A stretch of 64,000 nt of DNA from positions 16,306,001 through 16,370,000 of the forward strand of contig JBHGNT010000011.1 in NCBI GenBank assembly GCA_043228905.1, in the 5' to 3' direction. This document shows positions 21,615 through 36,305 of this stretch, piece by piece. Positions within the stretch are counted from its first letter, which is position 1. Each line of letters starts with the position of its first letter. This DNA is from Azolla caroliniana. Taxonomy: Eukaryota > Plantae > Polypodiophyta. Below the pieces are notes generated by a model that was not told where the DNA came from, ran no database searches, and saw nothing but the letters and a program-made list of their open reading frames with translations. The translations under genes were made by a program, and so were the position numbers.

Positions 21615-24600
21615 AATTGGAATAAACAAAAGAACCAATCATGGGTGAATAGCTCAATGGTGGAGATATCGGTTGTAGTTCGATAGGTCATCAGTTCAAT
21701 CCAACTAGGCTTGTGCCCTAAAGCAAGAAGAGCATAGATTACCTCTAACAGTACTAACAACCTAAGATTATTAATACTAACAACCTAAGATTATTAATTT
21801 CAAATCTTTGCACACGAACATGTGTATCCGTTATGTGTCAAATATAACATGATACAAATCCTATTGCCAAGAATCTTGTTGGATATTGGAGTTAAACAAA
21901 AGAATCCATCAAGGGTGCATAGCTTAGTGGTAGAGCAATCGACTGCAGTCTGATAGGTCATCAGTTTATCCTGGTTGCGCCCTAAAACAAGAAGAGTATG
22001 GATTACCTTTAACAAAACTTACATCCTAAGAATATTAATTGTAAATTATTACACACAAACATGCATATGCCTTATGTGTTGAATGTTTCAATTCTAAGAT
22101 GATATGAATACTAGTGGTAAGAAACATTGTAAGATGATATGAATACTATTGATAAGACGTCTTACTGGATAGTGGAATAAACAAAACAACAAATAATGGG
22201 TGCATAGCTCAGTGGTAGAGCAATCGGTTGCAGTCCGATATGTCATTAATTCAATCTTGGTGGCGCCCTAAAACAGAAAGAGTACGGATTACCTTTAATA
22301 ACAATTACATCCTAAGAATATTACTTGCAAATTGTTAGACACAAACATGCATATGCCTTATGTGTCAAATGTTTCAAATCTAAGATGATATAAATACTAC
22401 CTGTAAGAAACATTCTAAGATGATATGAATACTATTGATAAGACGTCTTATTGGATATTGGAATAAACAAAAAAAGGAATAATGGGTGCATAGCTCAGTG
22501 GTAGACCAATCGGTTGCAGTCCGATAGGTCATCAGTTCAATCCTCCTTGTTCCCTAAAGCAAGAAGAGTACAGATTACCTCCAACAACACTCATAGCCCT
22601 AGATTATTAATTTCTGTAAAGAATTGGGTATGATTCTTGGGTAGCGGAATAAATGTGTGTGAGAGAGAGAGACACAGAGTATACGCAAGGTAAAAGTATA
22701 TTAATAAATGAGAAAGACTCAACATAATACAAGGTGGGAGGAGGGTGCTTTATATAGTCACCCTGTCTCTTCATTAACTACAAGACTCATGGAGCATGGG
22801 GAATATGAAAGCTCATAAGTTATGTGTCATAGAATATGATTCTGACCCATACTAAATGCTAGAACACAAAGTGGTGACTTAATGGTGACTCTTGACAGTT
22901 GGAGTGTCTATTCACTCTCAAGGTGAGTTCACACACTAGACCAAGTTGAGCTTGATTCTCAACAATTTCAAATCTTTGCGAACGAACATAGGTATCCCTT
23001 ATGTATCAAATATAACGTGATACAAATACTATTAACAAGATTCTTGTTGGATATTGGAATTAAACAAAAGAATCCACGAAGCTGGCATAGCTAAGTGGTA
23101 GAACAATCGACTGCAGTCTGATACCTCATTAGTTCAATCCTGGTTGTGCCCTAAAACAAGAAGAGTAGGGATTACCTTTAACAACACTTGCATCCTAAGA
23201 ATGTTAATTTTAAATTGTTACACACAAACATGCATATGCCTTATGTGTCGAATGTTTCAAATCTAAGATGATATGAATACTAGCTGTAAGAAACATTCTA
23301 GGATGATATGAATACTATTGATAAGATATCTTACTGGATATTGGAATAAGGAAAACTACAAATAATGGGTGCATAGTTCAGTGGTAGAGCAATTGGTTGT
23401 AGTTCGATAGGTCTTTAGTTCAATCCTCCTTGTGCCCTAAAGCAAGAAGAGTATAGATTACCTCCACCAACAGTCATAGGGCCCGATATTATTAATTTTA
23501 AATCTTTGCAAACGAACATGCGTATTCCTTATGTGTCAAATATAACATGATACGAATACTATTAGCAAGATTCTTGTTGGATATTGGAATTAAACAAAAG
23601 AATCCACCAAGGTGGCATAACTCTGTGCTGGAGGAATCAGCTGCAATCCGAGAGGTCATTAGTTCAATCCTGGTTGCGCCCTAAAATAGAAAGAGTAGGG
23701 ATTACCTTTAACAACACTTACATTCTAAGAATATTAATTGAAAATTTTTACACACAAACATGCATATGCATTATGTGTCGAATGTGTCAAATCTAAGATG
23801 AATACTATCGGCAAGACGTATTCTTGGATATTGGACTAAACAAAAGAGCCAATCATGGGTGCATAGCTCAATGGTGGAGATATTGGTTGCAATCCGATAG
23901 GTTTTCAGTTTAATCCTCCTTGTCCCCTAAAGTAAGAAGAGTATAGATTACCTCCAACAACACTCACAACCCGAGGTTATTAACTTCAAATCTTTGCACA
24001 CGAACACGCGTATCCCTTATGTGCCAAATATAACATCATACGAATACTATTAGCAAGAATCTTGTTGGATACTGGAATTAGACAAAAGAATCCACCAAGG
24101 GTGCATAGCTCAGTGGTAGAGCAATCGACTGCAATCCCATAGGTCATCAGTTCTATCCTTAGGTTGCGTCCTAAAACAAGAAGAGTACGAATTACCATTA
24201 ACAACACTTAAATCCTAAGAATATTCATTGCATATTGTTACACACAAACATGCACATGCATTATGTGTCATTTGTTTCAAATATAAGATGATATGAATAC
24301 TATCGGCAATACATATTATTGGATATTGGAATAAACAAATGAACCAATCACGGGTGCATAGCTCAATGGTGGAGATATTGGTTGCAGTCGGATAGGTCTT
24401 CAGTTTAATCCTCCTTGTGCCCTAAAGCAAGAAGAGTATAGTTTACCTATAACAACACTCACAACTTGAGCTTATTAATTTCAAATCTTTGCACACGAAC
24501 ATGCGTATCCCTTATTTGTAAAATATGGTACTTAATTTCGGCGAATGGAGAGCGCGAACACATGTTGCCTCACTCTATGCCTACTGAGGGTTTTGATTAC

Positions 24601-25775
24601 TTGGCCCGATACGAATACATCAGGGTGGATATTGGGATTAAAAAAAAAATCCACCAAGGGTGCATAGCTTAGTGGTAGAGCAATCGACTGCAATCCAATA
24701 GGTCATGAGTTCAATCTTGGTTGAGCCCTAAAACAAGAAGAGTAGGGATTATGTTTAACAACTCTTACATCATAAGAATATTAATTGCAAATTGTCACAC
24801 ACGAACATGCATATGCCTTATGTGTCGAATGTTTCAAATATAGATGACATGAATACTATCGGTAAGACGTCTTACTAGATATTGAAATAAACGAAAGAAG
24901 CAATCATGGGTGCATACTTGAGTTGTAAAGCAATCGGCTGGAGTTCGATAGGTCGTGAGTTCAATCCTACTTGTGCTCTAAAGCAAGAAGAGTATATATT
25001 ACCTCCAACAACACTAACAATCTAAGATTATTAATTTCAAATCTTTGGACACGAACATGTGTATCTGTTATGTGTCAAATATAACATGATACAAATACTA
25101 TTGCCAAGAATCTTGTTGGATATTGGAGTTAAACTAAAGAATCCATCAAGGTGCATAACTCAGTGGTAGAGTAATCAGCTGCAATCCGATAGGTCATCAG
25201 TTCAATCCTGGCTACGCCCTAAAACAAGAAAAGTAGGGATTACCTTTAACAACACTTACATCCTAAGAATATTAATTGCAAATTGTTACACACAAACATG
25301 CATATGCCTTATGTGTCGAATGTTTCAAATCTAAGATGATATGAATACTACCTGTAAGAAACATTCTAAGATGATATGAATACTATTGATAAGACATGTT
25401 ACTGGATATTGGAATAAACATAACAATGGTTGCAGTCTGATAGGTCATCAGTTCAATCCTCCTTGTGCCCTAAAGCAAGAGGAGTATAGATTACCTCCAA
25501 CAACACTCACAACCTGAGATTATTAATTTCAAATCTATGCAAATGAATGCGTATCCCTTATGTGTCAAATATAACATGATACGAATACTAGTAGCAAGAT
25601 TCTTTTTGGATATTGGAATTAAACAAAAGTATCCCGAAAGGGTGCATAGCTCAGTTGTAGAACAATCAGGTGCAGTCTGATAGGTCATTAGTTCAATCTT
25701 GGTTGCGCCCTAAAATAGGAAGACTAGGGATTACCTTTAACAACACTTACATCCTAACAATATTAATTGCAAAGA
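21615..25775 (+). repeat. tRNA-Cys(GCA)-derived tandem satellite, block 1 (about 15 copies, ~250-bp spacing)
   Basis: Repeated GGGTGCATAGCTCAGTGGTAGAGCAATCG..TGCAGTCCGATAGGTCATCAGTTCAATCC..TGCGCCCT starting at about 21643, 21913, 22198, 22484, 23081, 23367, 23610, 23857, 24099, 24352, 24658, 24908, 25149, 25425 (partial) and 25640, with homologous AT-rich spacers. Confidence 0.93.
22615..22964 (-). mobile_element. Solo LTR (350 bp) related to the Copia-3/4/6 family
   Basis: TG...CA ends. TSD ATTTC at 22610-22614 and 22965-22969. The minus strand begins TGTTGAGAATCAAGCTCAAC, like the LTRs at 21332, 43523 and 56002. Confidence 0.88.
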
Positions 25776-26251
25776 TTTTGAGTTACAAGCTCAACATTGG
25801 CCGGATCGGTGCATAAACCGGTGCACAACAAGAGGTCGGATCGGTGCGGAAACCGGGAGGCTGTTGAACACATATTCCGCGAGGGAATATATTTGGGAGT
25901 TAGTGTAGGAGCTCAGTTATGAGCATTGAAGTACGTGTCAGTACTTTTGTCAGTCAGTATGGAATTGTATAAAAGTGCTCCCTGAGCACATCTTATGTAT
26001 AGAGTTTTACACATTATTTTGAATTTAGTTTTTTCTGTGTGTTCATTCCCTCTCTGTCTCTGCCGCGTACATTGTGTCTTAAGCTCTCCATTAAACCTGA
26101 TTTTCTCTGACGGTATTCTTTGTTTCGTATAGCTTCCGCATGTTACATTTCACATGGTATCAGAGCACGAGGTTTGAGAACCTCTGCAACCGACTTCAGC
26201 TCGAAACAATAAAAAAAAACATAATCTCAGTGAAGAACGAAAAGGAAACAA

Positions 26252-28449
26252 ATGGATAGAGGTATGGCTAGTTCGCTTCCAACTAAGAAGCTCGACAGAA
26301 GTAACTATGCATCTTGGTCGTACAAGATGCACCAGTACCTGCTCGGACATGGATACTGGAGCTATGTCGATGGAACGAATGATGCAACACCCGAATCGAC
26401 ACACAGAGACTTCCCGACGTGGGAACAGTCGACGAGCAGAGTTCTCTATGGCTTCACGTCTTGTGTGAGCGAACAACTCTTGAGCTACATTCAGGATGCA
26501 AGAACGCCGAAGGATGCTTGGGGAAATCTGAAAAAGATTTTCACCGCAAGCACCACAACAAGGAAACTCCAACTCTAATAGGAGTTAAGCAATGTGTGTG
26601 AAAGAGACATGACAATGGCTGACTACACCTCCAAGATAAAGGATATCTGCGATTCCCTCGCCTCCATTGATGTGAACGTTGAGGAGGGCGTAATGGTGCA
26701 TATCTGCCTCAGAGGATTGGCGTCGAAGTTCGGAGTATTCCGAATTGCTATTTGTACAAGGGAGAATACACCGTCGTTTTTCGACTTGCAGTCGATGCTC
26801 CTTGTAGAGGAGAATCATGCGGGTGCATCGACGAGTATGCACGCCAATAACAAGTTGTTGTACACGGAGAGAGATAGGCCCTATGGTCCTGGTGGACGAG
26901 GCGAATCGACGTGCAATGGAGGCAACTGATGGGAGCAAGGAAGAAGGCATCGTGGTGATGCCGACAACAATTCCGAACCCTCCGGAAGCAGGGGGAGTCG
27001 AGGAGGCGACGAGAACTGACACGGGAAACACGTTGCGGAATGCTGGTATTGTGGCAAGAAAGGCCACAAGGAGAGCGAGTGCTGGAAGAAGCGCACCGAT
27101 TCGGAGAAAACCGGATCTGGATCCAGACGGACCGAACAAGGAAATCGGCAACGGACGCACTGTGCTGAAGGATCCAAGAAAGTCGGAAAGGGGACAACCT
27201 TCGTGACAAGACACGAAGCGAACTTGATGAAGAGGACCAACCCGAAATCGGACGAAGTGTGGTACGTTGACTCCGGAGCGTCAAACCATATGATGAACCA
27301 TAAAGAGTGGCTTTCATATCTGGAAAAACCGAAACAACCGGGAGTAGTCGCAACAGGAGACGACACTCCGCATCCGATTGTACATGTCGGTGAAATTCCC
27401 CTCAGCCATGTTGGGCAAAAAGGGAAACTAATGAATGTGTTATACGTCCCGACAATTACGAAGAATCTGGTGTTGGTCGGACAGATCGTCGACTAGGGGA
27501 TGCAAGTCCGGTTCACACATCTTGGGTGCTTCATCGAGGAAGAAGGCCAAGTTATTGTGCAAGGGTGCAGAGATGGGAGGATGTTCATCCTCGACACTAA
27601 TGGCGTAGGTACCGCCATTTTTGCGAAAGGGCAAAAAGTCGAGTTGGATATCGACTTGTGGCATAAGCAGATAGGCCACGTCAACTACCAAAGGCTTTAG
27701 GACCTGCAATTGAAACAAGTTGTGTTCGGATTGCCAAAATTCAGTGGTCGAAAGGCCCAAATTTGTGAAGCCTGCCAGCTAGGGAAGCAACACCGACTTC
27801 CTTTCCCCAACGATGTAATCGGAGCCGAAATAAGCTCGACTTGATACATTCAGATGTATGGGAACCGACACAGAATGTGAGTCTTGGCAGGAGTCAATAT
27901 TTTGTCTCCTTCATCGACGACTACACCCGGCACACATGGATCTACCTCATTGAAAAGAAGAGTGAAATCTTCGACTATTTCCGGAAGCTCAAAAGGCTTG
28001 CCAAAAGGGAAACAGGGAGGAAGATCAAGTGCCGGCGGTGAGATGGCGGAAAAGAGTACTTTTCCAGCCAATTCAACAATTATCTGCAACAAATGGGAAT
28101 TCGGCGCGAATTCAGTTGCAGGTATACGCCGGAGCAAAACGACGTAGCCGAAAGGAAGAATCGGTCGGTTGTGGAAGCGGCGCGGGCAATGCTGGAAGAA
28201 AAGAGCATGCCCAAGTTCTATTGGGCCGAAGCGGTCCGAACCGCGGTCTACATCCAGAATCGGATCAGAGAAAAAGTGTCGGCACATGAGCTGTATTTCG
28301 GAAGGAAGCCAAATCTACGACACTTGAGGGTTTTCAGTAGCATCGCCTATGTGCATGTGCCGAAGGAGAAGCGGAGGAAGCTTGACGCGAAAGTTGAGAA
28401 GTGTATCTTGGTCGGCTATTTGGACGAACAAAAGGGTTATAAGTGTTAT
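26252..28449 (+). pseudogene. Copia-4 gag-PR-INT remnant
   Basis: LDRSNYASWSYKM, WYVDSGASNHM, IHSDVW and TPEQND..ERKNR, broken by stops and frameshifts. Confidence 0.88.
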
Positions 28450-31400
28450 TGTCATGATATGGCAAGACTCAAACCCATGACCTTATGTTACATGGGTCGA
28501 GCTCTTGACCATTAGACTATATGTTGTAATACGGAGAATATTATTTTCATTTAGATTTTACTATAGAAAATTGATGTATATTCCATTAGACTCAAACCCA
28601 TGACCTTATGTTACATGGGTCGAGCTCTTGACCATTAGACTATATGTTGTAATACGAAGAATATTATTTTCCTTTAGATTTTACTATAGAAAATTGATGT
28701 ATATTCTAGATTTCTCTAGAACATTCTAGAAACTTCAGGAGTACTCCTAAGAACACTATAAAAGGAGGCACATTGCATTATTTCGAACCAAATCGGTTCA
28801 ACGCCAGTCTTAAGCCTGCTATTTACTATTGTATATTCCCTTAACATAATATATATCTTTTGTTATCCTCATTCTCTCTCTCTCTCTCACACACACACAC
28901 ACTCTCTCTCCTTCTCTCGAGAGTTCTACACCTCCCTTAGTACTACTAATCCTCATCTTTTAGTACTAATTCTTTCTCTGTTTTAGTACTGTTACTGACA
29001 ATACTTCTCTATCTTAGTACTGCTCCTGACAGTTTGAACCGATTTTCCTCTCCTTCCTTCTCTTCCTTTATCTTCTTACTTCTCCCTCCCTTCATACTAA
29101 TCTCTTATTCCTCTTTTCTCTCATACTATGGTCACTGTTAGCGCTCAAGTATATCAATTTGTTTTCTCAGAGCTACAATGCTTGAAAGAGAAGTTCCTTG
29201 CTTTGGAACAAGAAAATCAACGGTTGTTGGGGGATCTTCAACAAATCTCCTTAGAAAAGTAGCAAATGCAACAACAACATGGGGAACTAGTGGTACGTGT
29301 GCAACAACTCGAAGTAACCTTAGTAGCAATGCAACGACAAGGACCCATTACGCAAGGGATTCACAAAGAACCCAAGATTGGCCTTCCCATGAAATTCGAT
29401 GGAACGCGATCGCAGTTTAGAGGATTCCTTAGTCAGGTACGATTAGTCATTCAAATGCATCATTCTCGATATCCCACCGATGCATCACGAGTGGGACTAG
29501 TAGGCACTCTACTTAGTGGCACGACTTTGGCATGGTTCACCCCCCTTGTTAGAAAAAAGCTCTCCCTTGTTAAATAATTTCAAAGAGTTTATTACCGAGT
29601 TTAAAGCCTGTTTTGGAGATACCGACAATGTTAGAACAACAATCAACAAAATCTGAAGATTGCGCCAAGGTGAGTGGTCGGCCTCGGCTTATGCTGTGGA
29701 TTTCCGTATTCTCGCCAACGATATTCCCTAGGATGACCAGGCACTAATGGAGCAATTTTGTTTTGGCCTACGTAATGATGTTAAGTCATTGACAGAAGCA
29801 ATCAGTCGTGTGGTGCGATGCGATAATCGCCTCTTCGAACGATGTTCGGAACGTCAGTTCCAAATGCCATAGACAAGATCGGAGCCCACCTATGCTTCAA
29901 TCGTAGCAAAGCCTTTCCCAAGGGAGTCATTCAATACGTCTCCAACAAATACTCCGACTCCAATGGAAATCGACACCACATGTCGCCGCGGACCACTATT
30001 GGAAGAGGAAAAGCAACGATGCAGGGAAAATCGATTATGTCTTTATTGCGGTGGACCGGGGCATATTGCAGTGAACTGCCCCCATCGGCTGAAAAGGCAG
30101 GTAAATCAAATAACCACTAGTACTAATAGTACTAAACCTGTCGAGTCTATTCCTCTAAGTGTGTCTGATAGTCCTAATAGCCCAAGCCTTTCAAACAAAT
30201 TTGAAATCCTTAGTCAACTAGAAGAAGAGTTAAACGATTAAGTCCAGCCAAAATAGGAGCCGTTTGGTTGGACAACCCTAGATCTGTGCAACCCATTAGT
30301 GGTTCCATTCTCTCTAAGCAAGTTAGCAATGTGTTCTTAGCTCAAGTAATGGTTAATACTAAAAGTACTCCTCTAGTACATGTCTTAGCACTCTTAGATT
30401 CCGGAGCCAACTCTTGCTTCATGGATAGGAATTTTGCCCAAGCTCATCAGATATCCCTAAAGAAATTCCCATATCCAGCCTCTGTAGTAGTCATTGATGG
30501 TCGTCCCATTGCTTCCGGGAATATTATAGAAGAGTTAGAACCCGTTAATATTGTCCTAGATAACTTAGCACGTGTAGTATCATTTAATATAATTAGTATC
30601 CCAGAACATCTCATTGTTTTGGGATTACCATGGTTTGAATTGCATAACCCAACCATAGATTGGAGAACAAGAGAAATACGGTGTCGACAAACCTAAGGAT
30701 CTACTCATAATATTGCAACCATTTCGCTACATCAGTTGTGTGAGGAAGGACGCAAGGAAGAAATGTTTCTCTTCGCAATATCAATAAACCCCTCCAGTAT
30801 CAATAAAGAGGAGTCCACCTTCAACTTCCAAAGAAGTATCATCATTACGAAGATGTGTTCGATAAAGTGTCACCATCGACCGTATGATTGCCCCATCGAT
30901 TTACAATCGGGAAAAGAGCCACCATGGGGACGGATCTACAATTTGTCACCAACCGAGCTAGAAGTCCTTCGAGCCTATATAGAGGAGAATTTGGAAAATG
31001 GTTTCATTCGACATTCGAAATCTCCAGCCGGCGCACCCATTTTCTTCGTCAAGAAAAAGGATGGATCACTTCATCTCGTCGTAGATTACCGTGGGTTGAA
31101 TAAAGTCACCATCAGGAATAGGTATGCACTTCCCCTTATCTCAAGTATTTTAGAACGGATCAATGGTGCAAGGTTCTTCACAAAGATCGACTTACGAGGA
31201 GTGTAAACCTCGTACGGATCCGACCAGGAGATGAATGGAAGACTGTGTTTCACACCAGATATGGGCACTTTGAGTATACGGTCATGCCATTTGGCCTCAC
31301 TAATGCGCCAACAGTCTTCCAACCTATGGAAAATGATATATTCCAAGATCTCTTGGATGATTTTTTGATCATCTATTTGGATGATCTACTGGTTTATTCG

Positions 31401-34251
31401 AAGACCCAAGAAGAGCATGATTCTCATGTACCGTTAGTACTAAAACGACTTCGAGAACATGGTCTTTATGCAAAACTGGAAAAATGTAGTTTGGGGTGCA
31501 ACTAGGTAGAAATTTTGGGCTATGTCATTTCCTCGGAAGGCATCTCCATGAATCTAGTTAAGGTTAAAACGGTGGTAGACTGGCAGACTCCGCGTTCGTT
31601 GCGAGATGTGCAATGCTTTTTAGGCTTTGCCAATTTTTACCGCAAGTTCATACAAGATTACTCAAAGCTTGTTCTACCTCTCACACAACTTACCAGGAAG
31701 GGAAAATCGTTCGTTTGGTCTGAAGAAGCGGACATTGCTTTTGAGAGTCTCAAGAAGGCATTTACATTAGCTCTTATTTTAGCTCATGTTGATCCAGAGA
31801 AACCATTCATCATTGAAGCAGACACGTCGGATTTCGCCTTGGGTAGCATTCTGTCTCAACAAGGCGATGATGCGAAGTTACATCTTGTGGCTTCCCATTC
31901 ACGCAAGTTTGACGCCGCGGAAATCAACTATGATATTCATGATAAGGAGCTATTAGCAATAGTGGACTCTTTTACGCAATGGAGGCATTTTCTAGACGGG
32001 TCTTCTCATCAAGTCATCGTATGCAGTGATCACAAAAACCTTGCATACTTTCAGAATGCTCGTGTGTTAAATCGACGTCAAGCTCGGTGGGTCCAATTCC
32101 TCACTCGTTTCGACTTCAAAATTACATATCGTCTGTGGAAGAAACAAGGGAAGGCAGATGCATTATCACGACGTTCGTATCTAGCACCGCGTCCCGGCGA
32201 GCCGGCTTTCGACAACCAAAAGCAAGTAATCTTGGGACCGGCACGACTGCAAGCAACGCAGGTCTTCAGTATGCCCTTGGATTCCCACATTATCAATACC
32301 ATACGTGAGGACTTGAAGACATATGTTTTCGCTCAAGCCATTCTAGCACAAATTGATCCCTCTCGGGCATCTTGTTCACAGTCGCAACAACCAAGTATGG
32401 ACTATCGACAATTCAAATGTCATGATGGATTACTATTCTTTAAGAAACTCTTGTATGTTCCTAATGGTACTTGTCGCCTTCAAGTAGTCCAAAACTGTCA
32501 TGGCACATATACAACTGGGCATTTTGGTAGTACTAAAACACTAGATTTAGTACAATGATCCTTCTGGTGGCCCAATATGCGACAATTTGTCGAAGATTTT
32601 GTTTGGACTTGTGATACATGTTGCAGAGCAAAAATGCCAAGGCATCATCCATATGGTTTATTAGAACCATTACCAATTCCAAGCCCCTTCTAAGCAAGCC
32701 ATGGCAATCCATTGCCCTAGATTTCCTCACAGATCTTCTGGTCTCTAAGGGATTCGATGAGATCTTAATAGTAGTAGATCCATATACAAAGATGGCCCAT
32801 TTCCTGCCATGTACCAAGGAAATCTCTAGTGAAGAAACCGCCGAAATTGTCATGCGTGAAATATATCGGCATCATGGCCTTCTCAATAGTATCATCAGCG
32901 ACCGTGGACCCCAATTTGTCTCGAAGTTCTGGAAGCACCTCTTTAAAATGCTTAAGGTCACTTGTAACCTCTCCTCCGGCTACCACCGGCAAACAGACGG
33001 CCAAGCAGAACGAACAAATCAAACACTAGAGTAGTATCTTCGGTGCTTTTTAAGCTATCATCAAGATGACTGGGCAAATATTCTCCACTTCACCAAATTT
33101 ACGTATAATAACTCTGTCCACTCATCGACAAAGGTGACACCATTTTATGCTTACACAGGCTGTCAGCCCCGGTGGTGTGTATTTGAAACCCTAGAGTTAC
33201 ATACAAATCCTTGTGCAAAGGATCCTTTGGAGAGGCTACGTAAGATACAAGCGGATTTATCTATTCATCTACAGCAAGCTCAACAAACTCACAAGGTTTA
33301 CGCGGATCATCATTGACTTCCATCCAGTTTTGACATTGGAGATCGGGTGTGGCTACTACGACGACACATCCAGACTACTCGCCCATGCGAGAAGTTGGAT
33401 TACCGACGATTAGGTCCTTTCCGTATTATCGGAAAAATTAATGATGTCGCTTTTTGTCTCGATCTACCTCCACAACTTCGGATACATCAGGTGTTTCATA
33501 GTTCTCTCCTCGAACCCTATCAAGACAACACCATCCCAGGTCGTATTAAACAACCTCCAGCCCCAATCAAGCTTGAAGATGGACCTGAGTATGAGGTTGC
33601 CGCCATCCTCGATTCCAAGATTGTTCGCAACAAGCTCTACTATTTAGTCGATTGGCTAGGATATAGTCCCAGTGAGCGTACTTAGGAACCTATAGAGAAT
33701 GTGACCAATGCTTGTGCTCTTCTTGAAGATTTCCATCGTCAATATCCAGACAAACCGGGTCCTCAATCCAAAACGACTCGTGCCACTCTTCGTTTTAAAG
33801 GGGAGATAATGTCATGATATGCCAAGACTCGAACCCATGACCTTATGTTACATGGGCCGAGCTTTTGACCATTAGACTATATGTTGTAATACGAAGAATA
33901 TTATTTTCATTTAGATTTTACTATAGAAAATTGATGTATATTCCAGATTTCTCTAAAACATTCTAGAAACTTCAGGAGTACTCTTGAGAACACTATAAAA
34001 GGAGGCACAAGGCATTATTTCGAACCAAATCGGTTCAACACCAATCTTAAGCCTCATAGCTACTATTTTATATGCCCATAACATAATATATATCTTTTGT
34101 TATCCTCATTCTCTCTCTCTCCCTCACTCTCTCCTTCTCTCGAGAGTTCTACACCTCCCTTAGTACTAATCCTCATCGTTTAGTACTAATTCCTTCTCTA
34201 TTTTAGTACTGTTACTGACAATACTTCTTTGTCTTAGTACTGCTCCTGATA
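28450..34251 (+). mobile_element. Decayed chromovirus 'Chromo-1' (Ty3/gypsy, Tcn1-like, self-priming)
   Basis: LTRs at 28450-29031 and 33810-34251. TSD GTTAT at 28445-28449 and 34252-34256; removing the element restores host KCYNP. LLDSGA protease, YLDD RT, integrase and chromodomain EYEVAAILDSK...YLVDWLGY. Confidence 0.93.
29128..33800 (+). pseudogene. Chromo-1 gag and pol, multiple stops and frameshifts
   Basis: ORF fragments from 29266 to 33685 give gag ([15 protein letters not shown]), PR, RT, RH, INT and chromodomain in order. Confidence 0.88.
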
Positions 34252-34256
34252 GTTAT

Positions 34257-36305
34257 AACCCCCGAACCAAACAAGCTCGCATAAGTCGCGATGTCGTGTT
34301 CGATGACTTTGCGTCTTGGTACTTGCCTTCGACTCCAGACCTCAGCTCCAATCCGAGCTCTAAAGATGAGGTTAACGAGGCTGAGATTCCCCTTGATGAA
34401 CGCGAAGTCGGAACTCTTGAAGAGAGTCCGATCTCATTTTGGCTAAGTGGACCGAATGAGCAACTGAGTCGGTTTAACCAGTCAAATGAAGAGCCGGCAA
34501 GTACTAGAGACTTTGCCGTGCATTCCTTGCGCAGGGAGCCGAAGAGACGGCTTACGCGCAGAGAAAAGGGAAAGAAGAAGATGCTGGAGTACGGCATGGA
34601 TAGGGACGAGTCGGATCGACGTGAATCCGACTCGGAGAAGAGCGATGACGGGCCTTCAAGAGCGAAGCCGACGTCGGCCAGAACGGCCTCAACATCGGCT
34701 AATGAGCAATTACGCCGATCTAATCGCTAGAAGAACCCTATTGTGTAGTTCGGATACAACGAGTACATGACGCATCACTATGTGTACATGACACGCGTAG
34801 CGGAAGTGCGTGAGCCGGAGAGCTACGCAGAAGTGGCAAAGGACACGAATTGGCGTGCCGCCATGGAGGAAGAGATGAACGCACTTGCGGAGAATGAAAC
34901 CTAAGACCTGGTTGACGCCCCCAAGGGTGTAAAACCGATTGGATGCAGGTGGGTGTACATGGTCAAGTACAACACCGACGGCTCGGTCAACCAATACAAG
35001 GCCCGGTTAGTAGCAAAAGGCTACATGCAACAACACAACCTCGATTACAATGAGACGTTTGCGTCGGTTGCGAAGATGACAACCGTCCGTGTTTTGCTTG
35101 TGGTAGCTGCGATGAAGGGTTGGCACTTACATCAGATGGATGTAAAGAATGCATTCCTCCAAGGCGAGCTTGAGGAGCAAGTGTACATGGCACAATCCCC
35201 CGGATTTCACTCCAAAACGAACACTTTGGCGGTAATCCGGTTGAAGAAGTCCCTTTACGGACTAAAGCAAACCCTGCGTGCCTGGAATGCGAAGATCACG
35301 CAGCGATTGCGTCAAATGGGATTTGCGACATCCAAATCAGACTCTTCATTGTTCGTATTTTACTTTATGTTGATGACTTGGTCATCGCCGACGTCGATCT
35401 AGATGAAATTGACCGCGTAAAGCTCCAACTTGCGTCATCATTTAATATGAAGGACCTGGGGGACCTTCATTACTTTCTTGGGATCGAAGTGATCCGAACC
35501 CCCGAAGGCATACTGATTAGCCAACGACATTATGTGTTGAGTATGCTCTTCAGGTTCGGGATGGCGGATTGTAAGTCCGTCTCAATTCCTTTCGACAGGA
35601 CCATGAAGCTTCGCCCCGACTCCGGAAAGGTCTATGACTCGAAAAGGTTTCGACAGATTGTCAAGCCTCATATACTTGACTATCACCCGACTGGACCTCA
35701 GCTACCCGGTCAACTTGATTAATCAGTTGATGGCGTGACCAACCGAGGAGCACCTTCAATGCGTGCAATGCGTACTCGGGTACGTCAGTGGCACTAAGGA
35801 CTGGTAAAGTCACGCATCTAGTCGTCTATATGGATGCCGAGAGGGCCGGAAACACCGCCGATCGCCGATCCACATACGGATTTGCGTTCTCCCTTGGGAG
35901 CGCCGTGATTGTGTGGAGTAGCCAGAAGTAGCCGATAGTTGCACTATCGAGCATAGAGGTTGAGTATCGAGGAGCGGATGTCGCAACATGCGAAGCCATA
36001 TGGCTGAACCGGCTACTTAAGCATCTGCAAGTGCAGGTGTCTGAACCGACGAAAATCTACTGCAACAACCTTAGCAGCATCCAACTTGCGAAGAACCCCG
36101 TCTTCCACGCCCGGACTAGGCACATTGAGGTGCACTACCACTTTGTCCGCGAGCGTCTCCTCTATGGTGAAGTTGAACTTCAGTATGTTTCGACAGATCG
36201 GCAGCACGCCGACATTTTCACCAAGCCCCTTGGTCTGGACAAGTTGCGGCAATTCTCGGATGTGCTTGGTTTGCGGTGACTCGACGTGCTGAACTTGAGG
36301 GGGAG
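34257..36305 (+). pseudogene. Copia-4 RT-RNase H remnant
   Basis: QMDVKNAFLQG, MKDLGDLHYFLG and RHIEVHYHFVRE fragments with stop codons. Confidence 0.87.

Noticed and set aside
21615-25775. tRNA repeats as a CRISPR-like array or as independent SINE insertions
   Set aside because: Spacers are homologous to each other, and units have no individual TSDs or tails.
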